Assembly: GCA_964016885.1 (NCBI GenBank)
Contig: OZ024743.1
Span: 329,158,001-329,222,000 of the forward strand
DNA: 64,000 nt
Direction: 5' to 3'
DNA from: Eledone cirrhosa
Lineage: Eukaryota
Shown here: in pieces, positions 12,634 to 25,225 of the stretch
How the letters are laid out: each line of letters begins with the position of its first letter
How positions within the stretch are numbered: the stretch's first letter is position 1
The notes under the pieces: generated by a model
What the model saw: only the letters and a program-made list of their open reading frames with translations
Told to the model about the DNA's origin: nothing
Databases searched by the model: none
Made by a program: the position numbers and the translations under genes

Positions 12634-13958
12634 GATCCACCGAAACTCAGGTGTTTCGGACCATACCAAATTCAACATACTGATTGCGGATTTGGTACGG
12701 GTGTTGAGAAACGTGTCCCGCATGTGCAACCCCGAAGAACTAGAGAGACACATACAACACTTCATCCACCGTATGCAGTTCTCTGGTTACAATCAGAGAG
12801 ATAAAATCAGAGTGTATAGAGGAGCCAGAACCAAATGGGAAAAAATGGTAAATAATGACACAAATGGGACCTGCCCCTTTTATAGGAGCAAATTTTGGAA
12901 TAGAATACAAAGAACTAGGAATAAGGCTAATAGAATAAACTCATGATATGATAGCAATAAATACCAGAGTGTAATGTTCATCGATACAACCCCTAGAGGT
13001 GAATTAGCTTACACATTTAGAAGGGCCCTAGATAAACATAAACTCAATATTAAGATAGTAGAAAGACCAGGTACCTCCGTAAAAACACTTATTAGCAAGA
13101 CATACCCTTTTCAAAGACCCCCTGTATAGATAAGAAATGTATAACCTGTAAATTAAGCCCCCATATTAACTGTAAAACTAGAAATGTAGTATATAGCATA
13201 AGATGTACTGAAGGACAATGTAGAGACAAAAATATAGTGTACATAGGTGAGACAGCTCGTAGTATAGGGGAACGGATAAATGAACACTGGCGAGAGCTTC
13301 AAGATAGTAAAGAATTATCTGTACTCTACCAACATGCTAAAATAGAACATAAGGGTAAATTAGAGAACATAGAAATAAAAATAGAATCTGCACACAGAAA
13401 AGACGCAATGTTTAGACAAATCACAGAGGCAATAAACATAAAAGAATTACAAGCAAAATTAAATAGAAAACATGAGTGGAACAGCAACATCACAACTTAC
13501 AATTAAGGACAAAATGAAAACACACACGCACATAGAACAAGCAACCAACCTGTAACATGTAAATAAACAAATAAATAAACGAATATAAACACACACAGAC
13601 ACCCGGATGTGGCGCATGCGCAGACTGAGCACACAACACACACACAGAAACAAAATGGCGTAGGACAGAACAAAGGAGAGGCACAAAAACAAAGAAAAGA
13701 AACCCCAGTCAATGAAGAGGTCACAGAATGTGTGACAAAAGAACTTTGACAATATATAAACAACCATCCGGTTGTGGAACCAACCAACCAACCGGAAATT
13801 TATAAATTCCTCAATTTATATATTTATTATAATAAATTGAAGTGAAAGCATCTGGTGCGTGTGTTTCTTATTGGCAACATGACCCTCCCAAAGTATAACA
13901 ATATCGGTTTCAACACACGTTTGCAGATAAAGAATCTTGCTAAACAAATTCAGAAACG

Positions 13959-13962
<4 letters not shown>
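12631..13962 (+). mobile_element. Penelope-like retroelement 3' half (RT thumb, Cys-rich linker, GIY-YIG), possibly Naiad-type, decayed
   Basis: Frames give LIHRNSG.., FYRSKFW, VMFIDTTPRGEL, IKIVERPG, CIDKKCITC..NCKTRNVVYSIRC..C..VYIGETARSIGERINEH..RQITEA..LNRKHEW. There is an in-frame TGA at 12944 and a frameshift near 13120. Flanked by (TA)n. Confidence 0.85.
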
Positions 13963-13985
<23 letters not shown>

Positions 13986-13992
<7 letters not shown>

Positions 13993-14457
13993 ACGTGGTT
14001 AGTCAGTCTGGTCACTACTTCTGATCAGATCCGAGAATAGCCCTTAGAAGGACTGTCATCGCATACGGTGTGAAGATAGCCCTTAAAAGGACTGTTGTCA
14101 AATACGGTAAGGATGAACAGTCGAAAGCACAAGTTGAAAGGACGAGCAAGGCGAGAGACGTAGTTTCGGTCAGCTATTTATTTTCATACATGAAGCGACG
14201 ATACAGAGGTACAAGGCATGTGTGAGTGACAATCGTGGCAGAGGAGAGGAACAACGATACGCTAGCTGACTCTGCCAAAGGTCGACTGGCGAAAGTGTTT
14301 GGAACCACTCTATTTATACAGAAATAATCGTTTGATGTTTAGCCGCTGCGTAGGCGTTTTATTCTGGTGGACTTTAAGGGTTGTTTGTTTCACAGTGAGG
14401 TAGCTAGCTAAGCAGATAGATGGAGCTGTTTATTTCACAGATGTTATTTCCGGTGGC

Positions 14458-14463
<6 letters not shown>
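13986..14463 (-). mobile_element. Solo LTR (TG...CA) inserted in (TA)n
   Basis: TGTAG...GTACA termini. Minus strand has GTATAAATAGAG (TATA-like, ~14310) and AATAAA (~14180). Confidence 0.55.
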
Positions 14464-14510
<47 letters not shown>

Positions 14511-14772
14511 GGAAAAAATGAAATGAAATTTCATTTCCAACTCTTAGTACGGCTGTTACTTAAATATAAGTATGTACACGTACATACATATATCTATATA
14601 GACGTACAGTAGTATGTATATATATATACATACATGCACACATATATATTTGTACGTATGGATTCACCGAACATTTATTATAATGCTCGGTGTGTTTGTA
14701 AACAAACATCCCGTATTAAGCCGTAGTGTCTAGCAACCATCGTTGCTCGTTTGTTCAACACTGACAAAGGAA

Positions 14773-14813
14773 CGCTGTACTAGTTTCAAGCTTATTAGCT
14801 ATCGTCAGCAACG
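14773..14813 (-). ncRNA. Minimal type I hammerhead ribozyme, intact core
   Basis: Minus: CGTTG-CTGACGA-TAGCTAATAAGCTT-GAAA-CTAG-TA-CAGCG, with a GUA site and a palindromic CTAG stem III. Confidence 0.85.
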
Positions 14814-14866
14814 TATGCCTTCCTGCCAGATTGTATATATATATATATATATATGTAAATATATAT

Positions 14867-14995
14867 AGGAAAAGAGTCAGGACCCCGACGGGTGAGCTCC
14901 GGCAGTTTCGACAGCTAGGTCTGAACTACCCTATGTATCGAGTACTCTGGTGCGTTATGGTCCACCTGGTTCCTTACCACACTTCCTTCGTTATG
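14867..14995. mobile_element. Fold-back derivative of the Penelope pLTR module (1300-1420 family)
   Basis: Left arm GGAAAAGAGTCAGGACCCCGACG.. is joined to right arm CTACCCT..GTTCCTTACCACACTTCCTTCGTTAT. Confidence 0.7.
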
Positions 14996-15084
14996 TTATA
15001 TATATATATATATTTTGAGTATATGTTGGTTGTATACCAACACCTCAGTTTGCAGACTGGAGCACTCGACGAAGTGTGCAGGTT

Positions 15085-15280
15085 GGTTTGGTTACTCCGT
15101 AGTAGTGTAAAATAAAGTTTTACATTAATTCCTGGTTTGGTTACTCCGGAGTAATGTAAAATAAAGTGTTACATTAATTCCTGGTTTGGTTACTCCGGAG
15201 TAATGTAAAATAAAGTTTTACATTAATACCTGGTTTGGTTACTTCGGAGTAATGTAAAATAAAGTTTTACATTAATTCCT
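15085..15280. repeat. 49-bp tandem repeat x4
   Basis: GGTTTGGTTACTCCGGAGTAATGTAAAATAAAGTTTTACATTAATTCCT starts at 15085, 15134, 15183 and 15232. Confidence 0.9.
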
Positions 15281-15508
15281 GCCCCTCCCCCTCCCTAGTA
15301 TACTTCTCTTGACCTCTTATCCTTAGGATCCTGCTGTAGTTGGCACTATCAACGCACGGCTGGGTTTCCTCCCTTCCCTCTCCCTCTTTCTTCTACTGGC
15401 AGGTTCAGCTACCCCTTCCTTCCACAAAATGCCATGATAGAATTATGTGTCTCAACAACTAACTTTTGACCAATCCTTGTGACAATCACTTTTACCATAT
15501 ATGGAATT

Positions 15509-15605
15509 ACCCCCTGAGAAGCTCGGCTATTCATGTACCAGGATAAAGAATTTTCATTTAGTCCAGAATTAGCCGTCGAAACGGCTTGAGCTCAGCCATC
15601 GGGGT
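15509..15605 (+). ncRNA. Degenerate type I hammerhead of the Penelope pLTR family (the only full-span copy of this family)
   Basis: ACCCC-CTGAGAA-GCTCGGCTA...TAGCCGTC-GAAA-CGGCTTGAGCTCAGCCA-TC-GGGGT. G8 is mutated. The 3' half matches the modules at 1.3, 7.0, 7.9, 14.9 and 17.9 kb. Confidence 0.55.
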
Positions 15606-15954
15606 CCTACTCGTTCCTATTACCCACTCTACTACCCTAAGTATTGAGTACTTTTCCTTCGTTATATATATATATATAGATATATACATGTAAATGTGTG
15701 TATATGTGAGTGGAGTAAAAGACCAATCATTTTTTAAAAGCCGGTACAATGTGGAATAAAAATCAACCAAGCTGTGTAGGATATGAGGCTAAGTTGACTG
15801 TTATTTCTACCAGTTGTAACTATGTTGTATAATGTTTCTTCTGTGGTTCACCAGCCTCAGTCAACTTAACACCCTCGCTGTATTAATTTCCTGAAAGACA
15901 TCAAGCTCAAGTGTCAGCCATATTAAAGTACAACTCACACATCCGGGTCAAGAG

Positions 15955-15996
15955 TGCTACTATTGCTGCTGTTGTTGTTACTGTTGTTGTTATTGA

Positions 15997-16028
<32 letters not shown>

Positions 16029-16122
16029 TTGCTGCTGTTGCTGCTGTTGTTGTTGTTGCTGCTGTTGTTATTACTGTTGTTGTTATTGCTGCTGCTGCTG
16101 TTGTTGCTATTGTTGTTGCTGT

Positions 16123-16177
<55 letters not shown>

Positions 16178-16691
16178 ATTACCGTTGTTGTTATTGCTGC
16201 TGCTGCTGTTGTTGTTACTGTTGTTGTTATTGGTGCTGCTGCTGTTGCTGTTGTTGTTGTTGCTGTTGCTGTTGTTGTTGTTGCTGTTGCTGCTGTTGTT
16301 ATTGCTGCTGCTGCTGCTGCTGCTGTTGCTGCTGTTGTTGTTGTTGCTGCTGTTGTTATTACTGTTGTTGTTATTGCTGCTGCTGTTGCTGCTGTTGTTG
16401 TTACTGTTGTTGTTATTGCTGCTGCTGCTGTTGTTGCTGTTGTTGTTGCTGTTGCTGCTGTTGCTATTGCTGCTGCTGCTGCTGCTGTTGTTGTTGTTGC
16501 TGCTGTTGTTATTACTGTTGTTGTTATGGCTGCTGCTGTTGCTGCTGTTGTTGTTACTGTTGTTGTTATTGCTGCTGCTGCTGTTGTTGCTGCTGCTACT
16601 GTTGCTATTGCTGCTGTTGTTATTGCTGCTGTTGTTGCTGTTGTTGTTGCTGTTGCTGCTGTTGCTATTGATGCTGCTGCTACTGTTGCTA

Positions 16692-16723
<32 letters not shown>

Positions 16724-16740
16724 ACTGTTGTTGTTATTGC

Positions 16741-16772
<32 letters not shown>

Positions 16773-17215
16773 TTGCTGCTGCTGGTGCTGTTGTTATTGC
16801 TACTGTTGCTGTTGTGGCTGTTGTTATTGTTGCTGCTGTTGTTGTTACTGGTGTTGTTATTGCTGCTATTGTTGCTGCTGCTACTGTTGCTGCTGTTGTT
16901 ATTGCTGCTGCTGCGGTTGCTGCTGTTGTTATTGCTGCTGCTGCGGTTGCTGCTGTTGTTATTGGTGCTGCTGCTGTTGCTTCTGTTGTTATTGCTGCTG
17001 CTGCTGCTGCTGCTACTGTTGCTGATGCTGCTGTTGTTCTTGTTGCTATTGGGCCTGTTGCTGCTGTTGCTGTTGCTGCTGTGCCTGTTGCTGCAGTTGC
17101 TGTTGCTGCTGTGCCTGTTGCTGCAGTTGCTGTTGCTGCTGTGCCTGTTGCTGCAGTTGCTGTTGCAGCTGTTAGTATTGCTGCTATTGTTATTGTTTTT
17201 GCTGTTGTTGTTATT

Positions 17216-17246
<31 letters not shown>

Positions 17247-17251
17247 TTGTT

Positions 17252-17316
<65 letters not shown>

Positions 17317-17380
17317 TGTAGTAGTAGTAGTAGTAGTAGTGGTTGTTGTTCTTGTTATTGCTGCTGTAGTTGATGCTGCA
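15955..17380. repeat. Complex (GCT/GTT/ATT) trinucleotide satellite ending in (GTA)n
   Basis: Read directly from the sequence. The long ORFs are homopolymeric artefacts. Confidence 0.95.
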
Positions 17381-17521
17381 GACACACACACACACATAAA
17401 CACACACACACACAACAATACATGTACAAACACTTACAAAAACGTCCACACAATGACACACACATATAACTACCTCCCCACACACATACACACACAAACA
17501 CAAACACACACACACAAACAC

Positions 17522-17633
<112 letters not shown>

Positions 17634-17718
17634 GCCCCACTCTCTAGCGTGAACCCAATATTAACACTTTGTACTGCCTCTTCGCTTTGTTTTTGTTTTT
17701 TTTTGTTTTCTGTTTTAG

Positions 17719-17784
<66 letters not shown>

Positions 17785-17786
<2 letters not shown>

Positions 17787-17900
17787 AAGGAATTGTGGTA
17801 AGGAACCAGATGACCATAACGCACCAGAGTACTCAATACTTAGGGTAGTAGAGTGGGAAATAGGAAAACGTATGACCCCGACGGCAGAGCTTTTTCCTAT
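17785..17900 (-). mobile_element. Penelope pLTR module fragment (1300-1420 family)
   Basis: AAGGAATTGTGGTAAGGAACCAG..TACTTAGGGTAGTAGAG..ACCCCGACGGCAGAGC, flanked by (TA)n. Confidence 0.7.
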
Positions 17901-18203
17901 ATATATAAATACACATATAAATTATCGAGAATCGTATTTCGGCCTATGAAATAACGAAAAACAACCTCCGAGATGTGTGGCAAGTGCTCAATGGTTCGGA
18001 TGAACCAGAGCTACAACATACGTTAAAGGCCAAACACACTGAGACGATGGTTAAACAATCATCCGCACAACCCCAAAAAAACGATCAAGTAATTCGGGTC
18101 AAACAAATAAAAATATATGTGATTGAAAATTTACCCGGACCCCTGGATGGTTGGTAAAATCCAGCATTTGGGTTTCTGCGACTCCTAAATCAAGTACTGT
18201 CCG

Positions 18204-18269
<66 letters not shown>

Positions 18270-18508
18270 TGTGTGTATATGTGTGTCTCCTATCCTGTTT
18301 ATTTAACAATGATTCACTGGACAGCTTTAAACATTGCTGGAACCACTGTGGAGTCACTGAACTTGTTAGATATAGCAGCTAAATATTCCTCAAATGACAC
18401 ACTACACCATGACTTAATGAAACAATCTAGTCTTTGATATACACATTTGAAAATAAAAAAAATACGTGTTGTTCACGATTTGCATGTTGGATCTGGATCG
18501 GCCCAGGT

Positions 18509-19170
18509 AACAACAACAATAACAACAACAGCAACAACAACAGAATAAACGTAACACGCCCGCTCACCCCCGCCCACCTCCACCACCGACAACAACAACA
18601 GTAGTGAGCACGACACCTGTACTACTACCACCGCCACCACCACCACCACCACCACCACCACCACCACCACCACCACCACCACCACCACCGACAACAACAA
18701 CAGTAGTGAGCACGACACCTGTACTACTACCACCGCCACCACCACCACCACCACCGACAACAACAACAGCAGTGAGCACGACACCAGTACTACCACCACC
18801 GCCACAACCACGACCACCACCACCACTACCACTACCACCATCACCACCACCATCACCACCACCACCATCACCACCACTACTACCACCACCACCACCATCA
18901 CCACCACTACCAGCACCACTACCACCACCACCATCACCACTACCACCACCACCATCACCACCACCACCACCACCACTACCACCACCACTACCACTAACCA
19001 CCAACACCACCACCACTACCACCACCACCACCACCACAACCACCACCCCTACCACTACCACCATCACTATCACCGCCACCATCACCACCACCACCATCAC
19101 TACCACCACCACCACCTCCACCACCGCCACCAGCAGCAATAACAAAGACAGCTACAACAGTAACAACAAA
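18509..19170. repeat. (ACC)n/(AAC)n microsatellite with a repeated GTGAGCACGACACC module
   Basis: Read directly from the sequence. The module occurs three times (~18604, ~18706, ~18772). Confidence 0.9.
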
Positions 19171-19232
19171 CAAAAATATACAGCAACATTAAACATAACA
19201 ATGACAACACTGTTTCCCGCCTGCCCACCCCC

Positions 19233-19294
<62 letters not shown>

Positions 19295-19529
19295 ATAATC
19301 TCGCTGTCGTCTGTTCTACAGTGTGGATGTAATTCACTTCGCGCAGAAGTTTTGTTCAAATTTATTGCGGAAATTTTGTGAGTTCAAATTTAATTTTGAT
19401 ACAATTGTGTAGCTTGACCCCCCGTCTGAACTGTCAGGCGGTGGGTCAGCTCATCTTTACCCCTCCTAGAGGTGAAAAACCTGTTTTAAAAAATTTTGTG
19501 GTAAAAAAAATTTCAATCGTCTAACAGAA

Positions 19530-21428
19530 ATGTTAAACGCAGCGAACGAAAATAGTGGTGGGGGGACAGCGGTAAGAGTTGTAAGCTCGCACGCTTTAGT
19601 CCCCCCTTCCTTCCCAACTAACGTCATAGAGAAGGAAGGAAAAATTAAAATAAAAACAGACGAATCTGCGGAGAAAAAAAATGACGAAAACACAAATCTG
19701 GACATGGATTCCAACAACGAAAAAGAAAAATTTGAAAAATTGCATGACAATACTAATAACACAAACAAAGACACAACAAACACAAAAATAACATTTGAAA
19801 ATAACACCATAACAGAAAGCAAAGCAGACGACAAGATTTCATTTGCACAGAAAACAAAGAAATCTTTGACTTATATACCGGAAAATATTTCAGATGTGGC
19901 ACGAAGAATCACAGACGCCAAACAATACATAAGTGAAAGAGAGAATGGTATTTTATCGGTAAAAATGCCTCAAGAATTCACCAAATACATTGAAAGCCGA
20001 ACGGTCAAGTTTCGGACCATCAACAACAGTACAAAAAAACCTGAGCAGCCTTCTCAAGCAGATATCAAAACAGTACTCACAGAAGTACTTAATGAAACCA
20101 CTTTCAAAAGAAAAGACAGACTGTATGGAAGCCTAGCAATTATCATGAAGAACGAATCGGCGGCAAAAAAATGTGCTTTGTCACCGATTCGTTCGAAAAA
20201 TTTTACCTTTTATCCATCTTATATGGGTAAAAGAACTCAACGCATATGGCTGGATGCAATGATGCCAGATGTGGACTACTGCTGGCTCATAGCTGGCTTC
20301 ATCGATCCAGTGAATGACAACGTGATTTCCATTGGGAAAACCACAGGCAATGCGTTCAGTGGAACAGGTATAGAGCTGGTAGTGCAAATGAAGCCTGAAC
20401 GCATCGCCCAAATACCCGACAGAATCGTATTAGAGGACCACGGGTATATAAACATTAGCGTGGAGGGGAGAAGGCCGTCCTGCCACATCTGTGCAGGCAG
20501 AGGGCACCTGAAGGCCGCTTGTCCCCAACTCAAGAAAAAGAAAACCCTGCTACCAACACCAGCTCCACCACCACCACCACAACAGATAAACAAACAACAA
20601 AACTCAGTCCCACCCAACCCGTCCCTCAGTAAAACCACACAACCACCACAACACAAACAGTCACAACACATTACCCCAAAACAAAATACAGGCCCACCCA
20701 ACCTCTCACTCAATAAAACAACACAACCACCGCAGACACAACACACAACACAGTCTAACATAGTGACATCCATCTCCCCCACAAAGAAAACAAACACGGA
20801 AACATTACCAGCAAACATACCTCTTCCCTCCAACACTGAAGATAACCCAACGAATTCGGAGGAAGAAACGGAGTCCTTCAGACAGATTAAAAGGAAAAAA
20901 AGAAAACATGTGCAAAACACACAAGGCCAAACAACCCCCACCCAAATCTCAACACAATCCAACAAAACAGAAAACACCCCTCCAGCAACAAACAAAACCA
21001 AACCTGCCCCTCCCCTCTTCGAAACACTCACACCATCCGAAAAAAAGACATTACACTATACTTACATCAACAGAAACAATAATAAATTAAATGAACTCAT
21101 ATACAATAATCCTTCGGTACAAACCGAAGGTGTAAACTTTGTTTCTTCAGAAAACTACCCACATTTAAAACTAATAAAGATCCCAATGAACCTCTACCAA
21201 AAACTAAAAAAGGATTTTAAGGAGGACGTAGGACCACCCTCTGTCAAACCCATAAACCGCGTCCTACTAAAAAGCTTTCCCCCTCCCCTTCCCCTCCCCA
21301 ACACAACTCCAAACACCCCAACCCCACCACACACTGACGACCCCACACCACCACAAGACACCCCTTCACCCAACACCCCCGACCCCATGGAAGTCGTGCA
21401 ACCCGAACCCCGGGAAGCGGAAAGGTAG
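19530..21428 (+). CDS. LINE ORF1 protein with CCHC zinc knuckle and Pro/Thr/Gln-rich disordered C-terminus
   Basis: 632-aa open frame with VEGRRPSCHICAGRGHLKAACP (CX2CX4HX4C), immediately upstream of the APE-RT frame. Confidence 0.85.
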   Translation: MLNAANENSGGGTAVRVVSSHALVPPSFPTNVIEKEGKIKIKTDESAEKKNDENTNLDMDSNNEKEKFEKLHDNTNNTNKDTTNTKITFENNTITESKADDKISFAQKTKKSLTYIPENISDVARRITDAKQYISERENGILSVKMPQEFTKYIESRTVKFRTINNSTKKPEQPSQADIKTVLTEVLNETTFKRKDRLYGSLAIIMKNESAAKKCALSPIRSKNFTFYPSYMGKRTQRIWLDAMMPDVDYCWLIAGFIDPVNDNVISIGKTTGNAFSGTGIELVVQMKPERIAQIPDRIVLEDHGYINISVEGRRPSCHICAGRGHLKAACPQLKKKKTLLPTPAPPPPPQQINKQQNSVPPNPSLSKTTQPPQHKQSQHITPKQNTGPPNLSLNKTTQPPQTQHTTQSNIVTSISPTKKTNTETLPANIPLPSNTEDNPTNSEEETESFRQIKRKKRKHVQNTQGQTTPTQISTQSNKTENTPPATNKTKPAPPLFETLTPSEKKTLHYTYINRNNNKLNELIYNNPSVQTEGVNFVSSENYPHLKLIKIPMNLYQKLKKDFKEDVGPPSVKPINRVLLKSFPPPLPLPNTTPNTPTPPHTDDPTPPQDTPSPNTPDPMEVVQPEPREAER

Positions 21429-21461
21429 GTCTCTACACTCTCCTTTGGCTCTGCCGCCCAC

Positions 21462-24400
21462 ATGGATGTGTTAAGAGTAGGATGTTTGAATGCACGTGGC
21501 CTGGGCTCAACTTGGAAGCAAGCAAAGCTTCTAAATGACCTCAGGTCATGTAGTATAAATGTAATGGTTATCTGTGAGACTCGAATCAGCGTCGTGCGGC
21601 AGCTGGCCCCCACCTTCGATGACTTTGAGGTGCATGCATCTCTCTGTCAACCTGGAGGTGGGGGTGGGGTTGTCATACTGCTGCAAAAACACCTGGGTCT
21701 TGCCGTACAAGTTGTGCACTCGGACCCGGAGGGTCGTTTGTTGGTGCTAGACGTTGGCAGTAGTGAAAGTGCGGCCTTGAGACTGGTTGCCGTCTACTCC
21801 CCTTTCGGAGCTGAACGGCCCGACTTCTTCCAGCGTTTGGAGACTTTTCTGGGAACGTCGCGTTCCCTGCTTCTAGCGGGGGATTGGAATGACATCCTAG
21901 ATGCACGTTGGGACTATGCAGGAGCATGTCCTAATAGAGGGGGGTGTAACATCCTCAAGGGGTTACTCGACCGTTTTAACTTGGTCGATAGATATCGACT
22001 AGATTTTCCAACTGTGCCTACCTGGACTTGGAGAAACCACAGTGGTCAATCTAGATCGTACTTAGATAGATTCTTAGTTAGAAGTAAGGATAGGGACATA
22101 TTAAGCTGTCCAGAAATGCGCACGGTTGGCTACACGGATCACAAATTAGTGACCTGCGTAGTCAATCTCGAGAAAACACATAAACAGGGTCCCGGTTACT
22201 GGAAACTTAATTTGTCTTTACCGGCAAAAGAGACTTACAGAAACCGGATTAGCAGATTAGTTAAGGAGAGGTTGACGGGTGCAATCGTCAACAACCGATG
22301 GTGGGCATCTCTCAAAAGAGAGATTAGAACAGAATCAATAAGTTAAAGCAAGATGTTAGCTGCCGATAGGAATAGAAACGAGAAAGAATTAACAGGTAAA
22401 TTAGAAGAGGCAATCAAGAGCGAAGATGTGGCCAGAGTGCTGGCATCGAGGACGGCCTTGAACCAGTTTTTCGATGCAAAGCACGAAGGCTGCGTCATTC
22501 GAAGTAAAATACGTGCTCTAGGTAATGAGGGGGCCAAAGCCGTTGGCTGGGCCCGCGTGACAGAAGCTAAGAGTGGAAATCGATCCACCATCCGGTCGTT
22601 GCAAGACGAAGATGGACGGGTGATCCGGGAGCCTAAGCAGATGTGCGAGGCCTTTCAAAGGCACTTTACCCGATTGTTCGGGGGAGGCGAGGGTCCGGGC
22701 GGGGGCGTGGATTTCGGTCCATACCTCGACGGCCTGTCGCGTCTCTCGAGCGAAGAGGCAGAGTCCTGCGAGGGACCAATCTCGGCTGATGAGATCGGAG
22801 ATGCGCTGAGCCAATGCAGCAGACGCAAATCTCCAGGTCTCGATGGTATACCTTACGAACTTTATTTAGCAATGCCGGTCTTCTTCTCCGAACTCCTCGA
22901 AGCGGTCTACTGCAATTGGCAGCAGAACGGGAGAATTCCTTGTTCTGTAGCCAAGGGCGTAGTCACGCTGGTGAGGGAGGACGAGAACAAGGGAGATAGT
23001 ATAAATAATTTTCGGCCCATAAACCTGCTAAATACAGAGTTAAAGATTTTGGCCAAGGTGTTAGCAAAGAGGTTGGCGCTTGTCGTGGGTGGCCTGGTGG
23101 GAGATGCGCAGACATGTGCTATCCCATCCAGGTCCATTCACGATAACCTCCACCTCATGCGATACATCATAGAGAGGGTTGGCAACAAACCCGGCTTCGG
23201 TGGGGCCCTGATCAACTTGGATCAGTCTAAGGCCTTAGATAGGGTCGACCATGGTTACCTGGATGCGGTGCTAGCGGCGGCTGGGTTCGGTCCTGTTTTC
23301 AGAGGCTGGATCACTGCCTTACATAGCAACCACATCTGTTCTAGGATCAAGGTGAACGGCTACCTTTCGAAGCCGTTCGAAATCACACGATCCATTCGAC
23401 AGGGGTGCCCTCTCTCCTCTCTTCTGTACGTATTGACTCTCGAGCCTTTACTGAGGAAGTTGAAGTTGTTGCAGGGTATCCCCCTGGAACCAGGATTGAG
23501 AAAAGCGGTGTCGGCCTACGCCGATGACGTAACAGTAATGGTATCGACCGACTCGGAGATCGAGGCGATCGGTACCTTACTGGAGGAGTACGAAAGGTTG
23601 TCAGGAGCGAAACTGAACCGGGAAAAATCCATCGGGCTGCAACTCGGAACGTGGAGAGGCAGACCGATGCCTCCTGACGGTGTCGTCGGACACTGGACGG
23701 AGGGCCCGGTAAAGTTGCTTGGGGTCTGGTTTGGACCGGACCTCCAGGTGGAAAAGAACTGGAACGAGGTTACGAACAAGGTGTTTGCACTAACCCAGAA
23801 ATGGGCCAAGTGTAAGCTGTCCCTAAAAGGCCGGGCGGAGGTGGCGAACATTTACATAGTGTCCGTCACTTACTACCGCCTGACTGTCGTGCCTTGCCCT
23901 AAGGAAACACTCACCACCATGGAACGCATGCTCTTCCAATTTCTTTGGAAGAAGCGCCCTCCTATGGTGAGAAGATCCATCTGCTGCCAACAACCTTCGA
24001 AAGGAGGGCTGGGGATGCCGTGGTTGATGATGCGTAGGCACGCATTAAGGCTACGGCACCTACAGGTATTCCTCACTGGTCAACCGGTGTGGGCTCCGTT
24101 CGTGAAACGAGCCTTTCCGAGACTCGTCTCGCTCACCGAGCTGCAGTCCTGGGTCAAGAAAAGATCCGGAAAACTGGGAGACTGGCACACCGAGTGTGCT
24201 CAGGCGCTCAGGGCTCTCTGGCAAGCGGGCCAGGCCATCGGTGGAGAATCCACCTCATCATTCTATAGAGGGCTGGTGGCTAGCAGGGGCGATGACACCC
24301 TTGGAGAGTCGCTGGACATGGAGGAAGACGAACTGGCCAGCCTGTTCGGTAGGACTTTCGGCCCAGGACCAATGGACAACTTCCAGAAGTCACTGGCCTG

Positions 24401-24899
24401 GCAGTGCTACCGGGGGGCTCTACCCGTTCGAGAGAGGCTCTACAGACACGGGCGCCCGGGCAGGGATCCCTCAAAAAAGATTTGCCCTAGATGCGTGCGT
24501 CACGAAGAAACCGTTGCGCACGCATTGGTGCAATGTCCGGGCGTGGCTGATCTGTGGGGCTACGCCGAACGACTGCTGTCGTGGGTGGCGCCGATTAAAT
24601 TGACCGCCGAGTCCGTGATGACAATCAAACCGCCTCCCCTCTTCACAAAGGAAGCAAAGGCGGTTTTTCTGTGCGTAATAGCCATGTTGAAAGAGGTTGT
24701 TTGGTGGACACGATTGAAAGGTCTGAGGTCAGGCAACTTCCTCTCTGGCCATAGTCTGGTCTACTTCTTCCGATATCACTTCGGAAGAAGGATAAGAATG
24801 GAGAGAGAGGTGCTTGGCCACAGGCAGTTTTATGAAAGGTGGATGATAGTGGCGAGAATGGCTCGTGTAAATGGGCCTTCTCTGTATACCATCCTGTAG
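21462..24899 (+). pseudogene. LINE ORF2 (apurinic-like endonuclease, reverse transcriptase, C-terminal CCHC) with a single in-frame TAA at 22344-22346
   Basis: Endonuclease motifs LNARGL, CET, GDWN, SYLDRF, TDH. RT motifs KSPGLDG, FRPINLLN, RQGCPLS, YADD. Zinc finger CPRC..ETVAHALVQC. ORFs 21462-22346 and 22353-24899 are in the same frame. Confidence 0.9.
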
Positions 24900-25116
24900 G
24901 TAAAGAAGTAAAGGAGAGGGGAGCACCTTCTCCATGTGCTCCCCGGGCAAAGGATTGCACACTTTTTCGGGGGTGTGTGCAACCCCCATCACGTCCCCTC
25001 CCTTTTGAGGTTATTTTCGATTATTTTCATGTTACACCCTTTTTACTCGATTATATGTAAACTCCCCCTTTGTATTTGTCCCTTCTTTTTATGCCTTTAT
25101 GGTAAATAAAGAAATA

Positions 25117-25201
<85 letters not shown>

Positions 25202-25225
25202 ATCTATCTATCTATCTATCTATCT

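Larger units (their letters stand above)
19294..25114 (+). mobile_element. Near-full-length Tx1-type (L1 group) non-LTR retrotransposon flanked by (TATC)n on both sides
   Basis: (TATC)n at ~19234-19293 is followed by a 5' UTR, ORF1, ORF2 (APE-RT-CCHC), AATAAA at ~25105, and (TATC)n at ~25117-25225. Confidence 0.9.

Noticed and set aside
12944-12946. In-frame TGA in the Penelope ORF as possible selenocysteine
   Set aside because: The context (S*Y before the VMF..TP motif) fits a mutated Trp codon. The copy is also frameshifted and no SECIS was recognised.
18473-19332. Pro-, Gly- and Val-rich ORFs
   Set aside because: These are translations of the (ACC)n microsatellite.
22344-22346. Programmed read-through of TAA in LINE ORF2
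   Set aside because: The sister copy has a sense codon at the equivalent position, so a nonsense mutation or sequence error is simpler.
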